From a virus, in the IMG/VR virus record IMGVR_UViG_3300025592_000024: DNA of 44,408 nt; one strand, given 5' to 3'. Both the position numbers and the translations under genes were made by a program. Shown here in pieces: positions 36,022 to 44,408 of the stretch. A model generated the notes under the pieces. It saw only the letters and a program-made list of their open reading frames with translations. It made no database searches and was not told the DNA's origin. How positions within the stretch are numbered: the stretch's first letter is position 1; every line of letters starts with the position of its first letter.

Positions 36022-36390
36022 GTGGATCAAGAAATAAAACTGTTAGTAGAAGATGTGTTAGGACATTATGGGTGGATGGTGCTAATGATAGTAGCGGGAT
36101 TTTTATTTAAAGAATCTATAACAAACGCTTTAGAGGCTATAATGATTTTTATTGGTAATGATTTTAATAATGATGATGTGATTTATATTAGTGGTAGAGA
36201 GGCTCGTATAGTTAGAGTAGGAATAAGTAAAACTGTTTTTTATATGACTGACAGGGGAACTAAAATGATTGTACCAAATGAAAAATTAAAAAATTTAACA
36301 TTAGAAAAAATATTACCACACCGTATAGGACATAATTTATCAAAGGATGCGACACCAGCAGATACATTAAGAAAAAAAACGAATGATTAA
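36022..36390 (+). CDS. truncated MscS-family protein (TM + TM3-like helix + beta-domain)
   Basis: AGFLFKESITN..F..DDVIYISGREARIVRVG..T..D.GTKMIVPNEKL follows the MscS TM3/beta-domain pattern. Confidence 0.75.
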   Translation: MDQEIKLLVEDVLGHYGWMVLMIVAGFLFKESITNALEAIMIFIGNDFNNDDVIYISGREARIVRVGISKTVFYMTDRGTKMIVPNEKLKNLTLEKILPHRIGHNLSKDATPADTLRKKTND

Positions 36391-36766
36391 ATTAAAACAT
36401 CTATTATTAGAACGAGTTGATTATATAGAATTTGCGGAACAGCTCGTAAAACAATATAAGTTAAAATCAAAAGTAAAAATCACCAATGGTCCAGATAAAG
36501 CTGACTACGATGTGGATAGAGACACTATCAATATAAGATCATCTTATTCATCCGTTAAAGATTTTTATATTACAGTTTTACATGAAATCGACCATGCTAA
36601 AGATGCCAAAAAGATGGGTAAGTCTAAATATAAAAAGGATTATGAAATGGAAACTGCTTATGCTATAGAAAAAGGTGGTCATCACCATGACGATAATAGA
36701 TATGAAGAAAAGGCGGAGAATTGGGCACAGAAAGAATTTATTAGGGTGTGGAAAAATAAAATATAA
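36383..36766 (+). CDS. zincin-like HEXXH metallopeptidase with MIKLKHLLLE N-terminus
   Basis: TVLHEIDHA plus downstream YEEKAE glutamate. Confidence 0.7.
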   Translation: MIKLKHLLLERVDYIEFAEQLVKQYKLKSKVKITNGPDKADYDVDRDTINIRSSYSSVKDFYITVLHEIDHAKDAKKMGKSKYKKDYEMETAYAIEKGGHHHDDNRYEEKAENWAQKEFIRVWKNKI

Positions 36767-36812
36767 TTGATTTTGAGGTTTTAGTTTAATAGTTATTAAA
36801 AAAGGTTACAGT

Positions 36813-37181
36813 ATGACTAAAAAACGAAAAATATCAGTCCAGAGTGGTAAAGCTAAAGGTCGTAAATTACAGCAAACAGTTAGGGATTTACTATTAGAAG
36901 CATTCAAAGATGAATTAGAGCCCGATGATATTAGATCAACTTCAATGGGAGCTGGTGGTGAGGATCTTCAAGTCTCCCCATTATGTCGTAAATTAATCCC
37001 ATACTCATGGGAAATGAAAAATCAGCAGTCCATTTCAATATGGAGTTCATTAGAACAAGCAGAAGCAAATTGTCCTGATAATGTAGACCCTGTTCTGGTA
37101 TTCAAAAGAAATAGAAGTAAAACATACGCAGTTATAGAATTGGATAAATTTATAAAGTTAATACATGACAAATCAAAATAA
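36813..37181 (+). CDS. PD-(D/E)xK nuclease, Holliday-junction-resolvase-like
   Basis: KAKGRKLQ, GAGGEDL, WEMKNQ, PVLVFKRNRS. Confidence 0.78.
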   Translation: MTKKRKISVQSGKAKGRKLQQTVRDLLLEAFKDELEPDDIRSTSMGAGGEDLQVSPLCRKLIPYSWEMKNQQSISIWSSLEQAEANCPDNVDPVLVFKRNRSKTYAVIELDKFIKLIHDKSK

Positions 37182-37240
37182 AATAGTTTATTTATTAGAC
37201 AGAGTTATAGGTTCAAAGGGTAGGAAGTTAAAGAAACAAA

Positions 37241-37435
37241 ATGAGTATATGTATTGGTCCCCATTCATATCACACCATAAGCCCAAACTTAAATATAGTA
37301 ATTGAGTGGGATGAAGATAGTCATTATGAAAATGGTGAATTAATGGATAAAGATAAACATAGACAATCTGAAATAATTAAAGCTTTAAAATGTGATTTTT
37401 ATAGAATAAAACAAAGTGAGTTCGTTATTGGATAA
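37241..37435 (+). pseudogene. C-terminal remnant of a Vsr/DUF559-like endonuclease
   Basis: NIVIEWDEDSHY..KDKHRQSEI..LKCDFYRIK; the N-terminal catalytic Asp region and DNA-binding part are absent. Confidence 0.6.
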
Positions 37436-38384
37436 ATTATATTATTTAGTTGAACGACTTATAGGAAAATATCAGAAATTAAAATCTGGTGAATTGCAAT
37501 TTTATTGTCCAAAGTGTAATCACTATAAGAAAAAATTACAGGTAAATTTAAATCGAAATTCTAAACAATTTGGTTTTTATCATTGCTGGGTGTGTGATTT
37601 TAAAGGAAGAACGTTATTCCAGTTATTCAAAAAGTTAAATGCAACAAAAGAACAATGGAGTGAGCTTCGTGATATCGTTGGTGAAACTTCGTATAATCGA
37701 ACTAGTGTAAAAAATACACAAGTTCAAACTGTAGAGTTACCAAAAGAATATCAACCATTATGGAATGGTGGTAGAGGTCCTGAATTTGAAAATGCTAAAA
37801 AATATATGTTCAGGCGTGGTATTACACAAGAAGATTTATTAAAGTATAATATAGGATATTGCACAAGTGGATTGTATACTAATAGAGTTATTATACCGTC
37901 ATATGATAATAACAGCCAATTAAATTTTTTTGTGGGTAGGGATATATTTGATAGTAAAATGAAATATAGAAATTCGCCGTCTCCAAAGAATATTATTGGA
38001 TTTGATTTACTTATTAACTGGGATGAGCCAATATGTTTAGTTGAGGGAGTATTTGACGCGATAGCAATCAAAAGGAATGCCATTCCTCTATTCGGTAAAA
38101 CTATCCTATCAAAATTAAAAAGAAAAATTATTGAAAAAAAAGTAAAAACGATATATATATCATTAGACACTGACGCTATTAAAGATTCATTAAAAATGGT
38201 TGATGAGTTTATGAGAAACGGTATAGATGTATATTTTGTAGAACTTTCACAAAAGGATCCATCGGATTTGGGATTTACAAAAATGGTAGATATACTAAAA
38301 TCTACCAAAAAAATGAAGTTTTCAGATTTGATGCGATATAAATTAAATGGCAAAAAACCAAGACGTTTGGAAACTTTACGATGA
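37416..38384 (+). CDS. DnaG-type DNA primase
   Basis: Zinc finger CPKC..HCWVC; TOPRIM LVEGVFDA and SLDTDA; KDPSD. Confidence 0.9.
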   Translation: MSSLLDKLYYLVERLIGKYQKLKSGELQFYCPKCNHYKKKLQVNLNRNSKQFGFYHCWVCDFKGRTLFQLFKKLNATKEQWSELRDIVGETSYNRTSVKNTQVQTVELPKEYQPLWNGGRGPEFENAKKYMFRRGITQEDLLKYNIGYCTSGLYTNRVIIPSYDNNSQLNFFVGRDIFDSKMKYRNSPSPKNIIGFDLLINWDEPICLVEGVFDAIAIKRNAIPLFGKTILSKLKRKIIEKKVKTIYISLDTDAIKDSLKMVDEFMRNGIDVYFVELSQKDPSDLGFTKMVDILKSTKKMKFSDLMRYKLNGKKPRRLETLR

Positions 38385-38553
38385 TGAATACAGAATTCAT
38401 TCGGAGAAAAAACGTAAAGTGAACAAAATAGTCAAAGAAGCAAACGGAAAAATCGTATGTGAATATTTTAAGAAAAGTAAAGTATTTGCATGGGATATTA
38501 GTGTTCCTGCAAATAAAATAAAAGTTGCAAGAAAAATTCTCAAGGAGAAATAA
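38347..38553 (+). CDS. basic hypothetical protein
   Basis: 68-aa ORF between the primase and the nuclease fusion. Confidence 0.6.
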   Translation: MAKNQDVWKLYDDEYRIHSEKKRKVNKIVKEANGKIVCEYFKKSKVFAWDISVPANKIKVARKILKEK

Positions 38554-38558
38554 ATAGT

Positions 38559-41500
38559 TTGAAAGAGCAAGTTGTAAAAGTTCCATTTCGTAAACTAAAA
38601 AAAATATTTCATATATCCGATATACAAATCAGAAATTTGAAACGCCATCGTGAATATGAAGAAGTGTTTGAGCGGTTATATGAATCAATAAATAAACACA
38701 ATGATGGTAATTCAATAGCTTATATCGGTGGTGATATAGCACATTCAAAAACTGAAATGTCACCTGAGTTGATTGACCAATTATCAAGGTTATTTAAGAA
38801 TTTATCTGACATTTGTCCTACAATTATCATTGCGGGAAATCATGATTGTAATTTAAATAATTTATCAAGGATGGATTGTTTATCACCAATAGTAGATAAC
38901 CTCAATCATCCAAACTTACATTATCTAAAAGATAGTGGAATATATAAATTCGCAGATGTTAGGTTTGTGGTGTGGGATGTATGGGATGAATCGAAAAATT
39001 TTATCAAAGCTACAGATGTAGAAGGTGATACTAAAATAGTATTATTTCATGGAACGGTTGATAAAAGTTCAACAGATTTAGGATTTAGATTGCCATCCGA
39101 TGTTAAAATTAACAAATTCAAAGGTTACGATTTGGGATTACTGGGAGATATTCACCTTCGACAGCATCTAAATAAGGAAGAGACGATAAGTTATTGTGGT
39201 AGCCTCGTACAACAAAACCATGGGGAAGGATTAGATCACGGTTATCTATTATGGGATGTTCCAAATAGAAAATCTGAATATATAAAAATACAAAATGATT
39301 ACGGATATTATACTATGGATATTGATGATGGTATAGTTCCTGATGTACCCGATATGCCTCAAAAGGCCAGGTTAAGAGTAAGGGTATCTAACACTGACTC
39401 TGTTCAACTAAAGAAGGCCTTGACTGTAATACAGACGAAATACGGTATAAAGGAGATAGTTGTAAATAGGACTGACAGATTGACAGAAAGAGTTCGTGGG
39501 GATAGAACCGTTGATGTTGGAGACGTTACAAATCCAGATTACCAGTTTAAATTAATTAGAGATTATTTAAAAAGAAACCACACAGTAAGTGATGAAATAT
39601 TATTAGAAATAAAAGGAATAAATGATGATTTAAATAATCAACTTCCAGATGAAGATGTTTCTCGTAATATAAATTGGAAATTAAAGAAATTTGAATTTTC
39701 CAATATGTTTAGTTATGGTGAAGATAATATAGTTGATTTTACTAAGTTAAATGGTATTATTGGATTATTCGCACCAAACGCATCAGGAAAGTCAGCTCTT
39801 TTGGATTCTCTTTCTTTTTGTTTATTCGATACGTCAGATAGAGCATATAAAGCGGATAGAGTATTAAATAACAAAAGAAATTATTTTAAATGTAAAGTTA
39901 ATTTTGAAATAAACGAAACTGAATATTTTATTGAACGTAACGCAAAACGACAACGAAATGGGCATGTAAAAGTTGATGTTGATTTCTGGACAATTGATGA
40001 TAGTGGAGATAAAATTTCCTTAAATGGAGATCAACGTAGAACCACAAATAATAACATATATAGAATTATTGGAACATACGATGATTTTATTATAACATCT
40101 CTTTCTCTACAAAATAATTCAACTGTATTTATAGATAAAACTCAAAAAGAACGGAAAGATCTACTTGCCCAGTTCATGGGATTAAGTGCATTCGATAGTC
40201 TTTATACTTTAGCAAACGATGAAATGTCAGATATATCAGCAGTATTACGAGATTTTAATAAAACTAATTATGACGTGGAATTGGCTGATATAGAAAAAGA
40301 CAATACTCAATATAATGAAGTTCGTAGGGATTTAAAAAGTCAAAAGAAAACTCTTACAACAAGACGAACAGAATTAAGTGAGCAAATATTAGGATTGACT
40401 AAAAAGTTAAGACCTATCGATGCATCCATTTCAGATATAGATAAGTTGAATGTGGAGTTAGATGGATTTAATACTCAACTTGATGTAATAGATACGAGAC
40501 TTGGCTCAGTTAAATCAGAAATGATTGTTTTACAATCAAATAATACTGAATTAACGAATAGAGCGAAATCATATACTGATTCAAATGTGAATCAAAAGTA
40601 TAACGATTTTATTAATTTGGAAAATAAACGACAGAAAATTCAGATAGAAATTGACAAGCTAAAAATTGAAGTTCGTAATAAATTAGACAAAATTGAAAAA
40701 CTTGGTAATTTAGGATGGGATGAGAATTGTGAGTATTGTATGAACAATCCATTCACGTTAGATGCAATGGAAACCAAAGAAAGATTAAATGGTGACAAGA
40801 AGTTAGCAAGTGAATATATTTCTAAGTTAGATGATATTGATGTTAAATTAAAAAAGATTGAAAACATTCACGATGACAAAGTAAATTATGATGAAGTGAT
40901 TGAATCATTAAAACAAATTGAAATAACGCAAAATAAATTAGAATCAGAAGAAGTTATTTTAAAAGAAAAAAAGATAAATGTACTTCATCAAATGTCAAAT
41001 ACTAATAATAAGATTGAAAAATACCATGAAAATGAAAATGATATAATCTATAATAATAAGACAGAAATAGAAATTGAAAATTTAAAAAATTCAGTTGAAG
41101 ATTTTGATTATCAAATAGAAACCATAGATAAAAAAATACAAACTATTCATGGTGAAATAAAGATAAATCAAACAAAGAAAACGTCTATCATTGAAACAAT
41201 GAATAGAGTGGAAGATTTAGAAAATAAATATGAAGCTTACGATTTTTACATGGACGCGGTAAAACGTGATGGTATTCCATATGAACTTATAGAGAAGGCA
41301 CTCCCTGCAATTGAAGGTGAGGTTAATGATATTCTTGCTCAGATGGTAGAATTTGGTATTGTATTAGAAATGGATGGAAAGAATATAAATACATATATTA
41401 CATATGATGAAGATAATGTTTGGCCACTTGAATTAAGTAGTGGAATGGAACGATTTGTTAGTTCATTAGCAATACGTGTTGGATTGATTAACGTGTGTAA

Positions 41501-41723
41501 TTTACCACGAGCCAATTTTTTAGCAATAGATGAAGGGTTTGGAAATATGGATTCGGATAATTTGAATTCTGTTTATATGCTATTTCAATATCTTAAAACT
41601 CAATTTCAATTTGTATTTATTGTTTCTCATATTGAATCAATGAGAGATGCCGTAGACAGTTTATTAGAAATATCTAAAATAGATGGATTTAGTCAGTTGA
41701 AATTACCATCTAAATTTAAATAG
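38559..41723 (+). CDS. fused SbcD/Mre11 nuclease - SbcC/Rad50 ATPase (gp47-gp46 fusion)
   Basis: SDIQ, GGDIAH, AGNHD, FHG, LGDIH; then Walker A APNASGKS, coiled coils with CEYC hook, LSSGME signature, IDEGFG..D, IVSH. Confidence 0.92.
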   Translation: MKEQVVKVPFRKLKKIFHISDIQIRNLKRHREYEEVFERLYESINKHNDGNSIAYIGGDIAHSKTEMSPELIDQLSRLFKNLSDICPTIIIAGNHDCNLNNLSRMDCLSPIVDNLNHPNLHYLKDSGIYKFADVRFVVWDVWDESKNFIKATDVEGDTKIVLFHGTVDKSSTDLGFRLPSDVKINKFKGYDLGLLGDIHLRQHLNKEETISYCGSLVQQNHGEGLDHGYLLWDVPNRKSEYIKIQNDYGYYTMDIDDGIVPDVPDMPQKARLRVRVSNTDSVQLKKALTVIQTKYGIKEIVVNRTDRLTERVRGDRTVDVGDVTNPDYQFKLIRDYLKRNHTVSDEILLEIKGINDDLNNQLPDEDVSRNINWKLKKFEFSNMFSYGEDNIVDFTKLNGIIGLFAPNASGKSALLDSLSFCLFDTSDRAYKADRVLNNKRNYFKCKVNFEINETEYFIERNAKRQRNGHVKVDVDFWTIDDSGDKISLNGDQRRTTNNNIYRIIGTYDDFIITSLSLQNNSTVFIDKTQKERKDLLAQFMGLSAFDSLYTLANDEMSDISAVLRDFNKTNYDVELADIEKDNTQYNEVRRDLKSQKKTLTTRRTELSEQILGLTKKLRPIDASISDIDKLNVELDGFNTQLDVIDTRLGSVKSEMIVLQSNNTELTNRAKSYTDSNVNQKYNDFINLENKRQKIQIEIDKLKIEVRNKLDKIEKLGNLGWDENCEYCMNNPFTLDAMETKERLNGDKKLASEYISKLDDIDVKLKKIENIHDDKVNYDEVIESLKQIEITQNKLESEEVILKEKKINVLHQMSNTNNKIEKYHENENDIIYNNKTEIEIENLKNSVEDFDYQIETIDKKIQTIHGEIKINQTKKTSIIETMNRVEDLENKYEAYDFYMDAVKRDGIPYELIEKALPAIEGEVNDILAQMVEFGIVLEMDGKNINTYITYDEDNVWPLELSSGMERFVSSLAIRVGLINVCNLPRANFLAIDEGFGNMDSDNLNSVYMLFQYLKTQFQFVFIVSHIESMRDAVDSLLEISKIDGFSQLKLPSKFK

Positions 41724-41903
41724 TTATAATTTAGACGACAGTAAAATATTCCTTGGAGAAGAATGACCTTCTCTATCCCGTTTCAAATTTAAAATATAAG
41801 CATTAACAAGGGCTGACATAGTAGTATGTTCGTCCTTTATGTGCAACCTAAACCAAGCTATTAAATCTTCATCAATAGTAAAAGATACTTTTTCTTTTTT
41901 CAT
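41724..41903 (-). CDS. 59-aa ribbon-helix-helix DNA-binding protein (not in ORF track)
   Basis: Hand translation MKKEKVSFTIDEDLIAWFRLHIKDEHTTMSALVNAYILNLKRDREGHSSPRNILLSSKL; GGAGG RBS. Confidence 0.8.
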   Translation of the reverse strand: MKKEKVSFTIDEDLIAWFRLHIKDEHTTMSALVNAYILNLKRDREGHSSPRNILLSSKL

Positions 41904-41996
41904 CTATATATCCTCCATATAATATCCATACTATAAATATCAATAATTCCCATTTCGTATATTTATTACTGAATAACACTATTCAGGAGAATCCGA

Positions 41997-44408
41997 TTGG
42001 GTGTATTAAAACGTAAAAACGAGTTATTAAACTTAAAAGACATAGATATATTAGTAGAAGATACTTTATTTGATTCCAAGTATTTTAGGGTATTGGAATG
42101 CCCTACAATATTAACTCAAGGTAAAAGTAGTTTCCTAATCGGTGGATCATCCTATTTAAAGTCTGGTGTTGAATTAAAATTTGAGTTAATACATAACGGA
42201 ACCGGTGAAGTAATATATACTCAAGCCGTTAGTGGTCATTTAGAAGCCGGTTCTCGTAGAGTTTCCATTGAAATATATGAAGATGTTGAACCAGGTCCAG
42301 CAACTCTTTATATAGTTGGAGAATTAAATCCAGATTCTTCTGATGTAAATATACCAACAGAATGGCAAGGGATTTATAATGTAAGGTGGACTAAACAGAT
42401 TACAATAAATGCTGCTGGTGTAAATACCGAACCTATATTTTTCTATAAACAACCAACTATAACAGTTTCAGAAATTTTTAAGGGATATTTAAATGTTCCA
42501 AGTGTAACTCCAATAACTTCTTCTTTACTTGTAAGTGGTCAACCGAGAGACGGTTTACAAAGTATTACACCAACTCCAAATTCTGTAGCTGGTGATTATC
42601 CAGAACTTGATTTTAAACAAAAAGCAAATAAGGCTACAATAGAAGAAAATAAACCACTTATTAAATTAACTGGTAAAGGTGGTCATATTGGTTCACACGG
42701 AAAATTATTAAAAACGAATTCTCCATCTCCAAATGATTATATAATTACAACTGATTCTTCCACATTAGTAACAAGTTTATATGTAGGTCAAGAAGTTACT
42801 ATAACTTCACCACAAGTAGATGCTTCAAAATTCACATTAGAATCATATCACTCCATCCCTACTTATTTCAGTTCATCAGTAATGAAAGTATTGAATGAAA
42901 CTTCATTTGTAACTTCTGATCTATTTTATGTTCACGATACGAGAACTTCTCCTGTAACTCTTGTACCAGCCCCTTTGGCATCTCAAACTATAAATACAAG
43001 TTACAAAGATATTTCAACTCAGACTACATCATCTATAAATTATGTTTCATTCGCTGATATGGAAATTTCCGATTTAAAAACATTTTCAGGAGATGTACAT
43101 AAAGTAAAGATTTATTCAAAGGCTGAAGGTTCACTTGGGGACTTTGAAAAGATATTTGATTCTCCAATAGAAAGTTCAGAAATATTATTTGATTCTAACG
43201 AAGATACTTCATTATCTAACATGGGGTATTGGATTGACCAGGCGAGAATAACAAAATACTGGGAATCGTATGAAGGAAATAATGGAGATGGGGGAAGTGG
43301 AACATTAACTTTTGATTCTTCTATTGTAATAGATTCTATGAAAATCTCTGGATCAAATAGAGAATATGAAAGTGAACTACGTGTTCAAGTAAAAAATGAT
43401 TTAAATTTTGTTGCTAACGGACTATACACTTTCCGTGCAAAACTTTACGGTACAAAGACGAATAAAAAGGATGTTAGTGGGAATGTAACTAAACGGGGTG
43501 ATTTTCAAGTATACGTGGTAGGTGATGCATTTAATAAAGATACTACAGAAGCATCACATTGGGGAGTTCAAAAATTAGAAGTTCCAGAATTCCCAAGCGG
43601 AGTTGATAATTACGACTTTGGAACCATAGAAGGAAATTTCACAGCAGACAATACAGGAACAGGAAAATTACAATTTAAAGTTCCGTCAGGTGAATGGTAT
43701 ATTTCAGATATTTCTGTAAAAGCAGCGTCAGATACTGCTTTTAATCCTGATTATGTAAAAGTAGTTGCACCGATACCACCATTGTACACCCGACCAGATA
43801 GTGTAAGATTTTTAGTGGAGTTTTATGATGTAAATAATAATATAGCCGACACGGTAATTTTTAGTGATTTTTTTACATTTCAAGGAGAGAATACGTCCAT
43901 TGGTGGAACTGATAATATATTAAGTGGTTCTATGTATATTGGTAATGCCATCGGTAGTGGTATTGAAATGGCAGGTGTAAGTTCTGGCTTTATTCGTTCA
44001 ATAGGATATGAAGGATTCACAAGTGCATCAGAAGGAACTGGTCAAGGTGGATTCTTAATGTGGTCCGGTTCAGTATTACCAGATAGTGGTGATTCTTATA
44101 CGGGTGTTGGGTTAGAACTCGTAGCTACAAGTGAAAGTTATTTAAGATATAGAAGTAGTCCAAGTGAATTAGATATTAGAGCCGATGCATTCTACGTAGG
44201 GAATCAAAACACTCAATACATTAGTGGTAGTGGTGGAAATATAGAAATTAGTTCATCTAATTTTCATTTATCTGCAAGTGGTGATGTTACTATGACAGGA
44301 ACTATTACAGCCACGGCAGGTAATATTGGTGATTGGATTATTAAAGATGGTAAATTAAGTGGTAGTAACGCTACATTAGATGCAACTGGAGCGGCATTAT
44401 ATATGTCC
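41997..44408 (+). CDS. large virion / tail-fibre-like protein, 3'-truncated (at least 804 codons; not in ORF track)
   Basis: TTG start 7 nt after AGGAG; hand-translated with no stop to the window end; Ser/Gly-rich beta repeats (ISGSGGNIEISSSNFHLSASGDVTMTG). Confidence 0.85.
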   Translation, partial: MGVLKRKNELLNLKDIDILVEDTLFDSKYFRVLECPTILTQGKSSFLIGGSSYLKSGVELKFELIHNGTGEVIYTQAVSGHLEAGSRRVSIEIYEDVEPGPATLYIVGELNPDSSDVNIPTEWQGIYNVRWTKQITINAAGVNTEPIFFYKQPTITVSEIFKGYLNVPSVTPITSSLLVSGQPRDGLQSITPTPNSVAGDYPELDFKQKANKATIEENKPLIKLTGKGGHIGSHGKLLKTNSPSPNDYIITTDSSTLVTSLYVGQEVTITSPQVDASKFTLESYHSIPTYFSSSVMKVLNETSFVTSDLFYVHDTRTSPVTLVPAPLASQTINTSYKDISTQTTSSINYVSFADMEISDLKTFSGDVHKVKIYSKAEGSLGDFEKIFDSPIESSEILFDSNEDTSLSNMGYWIDQARITKYWESYEGNNGDGGSGTLTFDSSIVIDSMKISGSNREYESELRVQVKNDLNFVANGLYTFRAKLYGTKTNKKDVSGNVTKRGDFQVYVVGDAFNKDTTEASHWGVQKLEVPEFPSGVDNYDFGTIEGNFTADNTGTGKLQFKVPSGEWYISDISVKAASDTAFNPDYVKVVAPIPPLYTRPDSVRFLVEFYDVNNNIADTVIFSDFFTFQGENTSIGGTDNILSGSMYIGNAIGSGIEMAGVSSGFIRSIGYEGFTSASEGTGQGGFLMWSGSVLPDSGDSYTGVGLELVATSESYLRYRSSPSELDIRADAFYVGNQNTQYISGSGGNIEISSSNFHLSASGDVTMTGTITATAGNIGDWIIKDGKLSGSNATLDATGAALYMS

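Noticed and set aside
36767-36795. Possible sigma70 promoter TTGATT-N17-TAGTTA before the resolvase-like gene
   Set aside because: The -10 box is too weak compared with the five accepted promoters
1574-40867. Most minus-strand and nested ORFs in the track (e.g. 6835-7137, 8735-9139, 12361-12747, 15355-15717, 37751-38353)
   Set aside because: They overlap well-supported genes, lack motifs and RBS, and have composition typical of antisense shadows
1-44408. Stop-codon reassignment, as in some large phages
   Set aside because: Long genes are intact under code 11, and TAA, TAG and TGA all end genes with tight coupling

Overview
This is an AT-rich 44.4 kb fragment of a large, probably lytic, contractile-tailed (myovirus-type) dsDNA phage using the standard genetic code. 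Almost all genes are on the + strand. Bases 1-14.1 kb hold small early genes behind sigma70-type promoters, plus a metallophosphoesterase, ATP-dependent DNA ligase, AAA+ ATPase, IMPDH/GMP-reductase-family enzyme, a tmRNA (ssrA) with an apparently 39-codon tag, a DNA methyltransferase, a 3D-domain cell-wall protein, an HD protein and a gp55-like late sigma factor. Bases 14.6-35.7 kb are a baseplate/tail module: a gp5-like hub, gp25-like and gp6-like wedge proteins, and a 2255-aa mosaic protein. This module ends in a seven-gene paralog cluster that appears to carry the two halves of the P2 gpH/DUF3751 fibre-attachment domain on separate proteins. Bases 35.7-36.8 kb are a three-gene cassette encoding a stand-alone MshEN-like protein, a truncated MscS-like protein and a HEXXH peptidase. 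Bases 36.8-41.7 kb encode a resolvase-like nuclease, an endonuclease remnant, a primase and a fused SbcD-SbcC (Mre11-Rad50) protein. Two genes are missing from the ORF track: a 59-aa ribbon-helix-helix gene (41724-41903, -) and a tail-fibre-like ORF (41997 to the window end, +). A recurrent ATATTTAT box upstream of genes is a candidate late promoter. All family calls come from motif recognition by eye; no database search was run.
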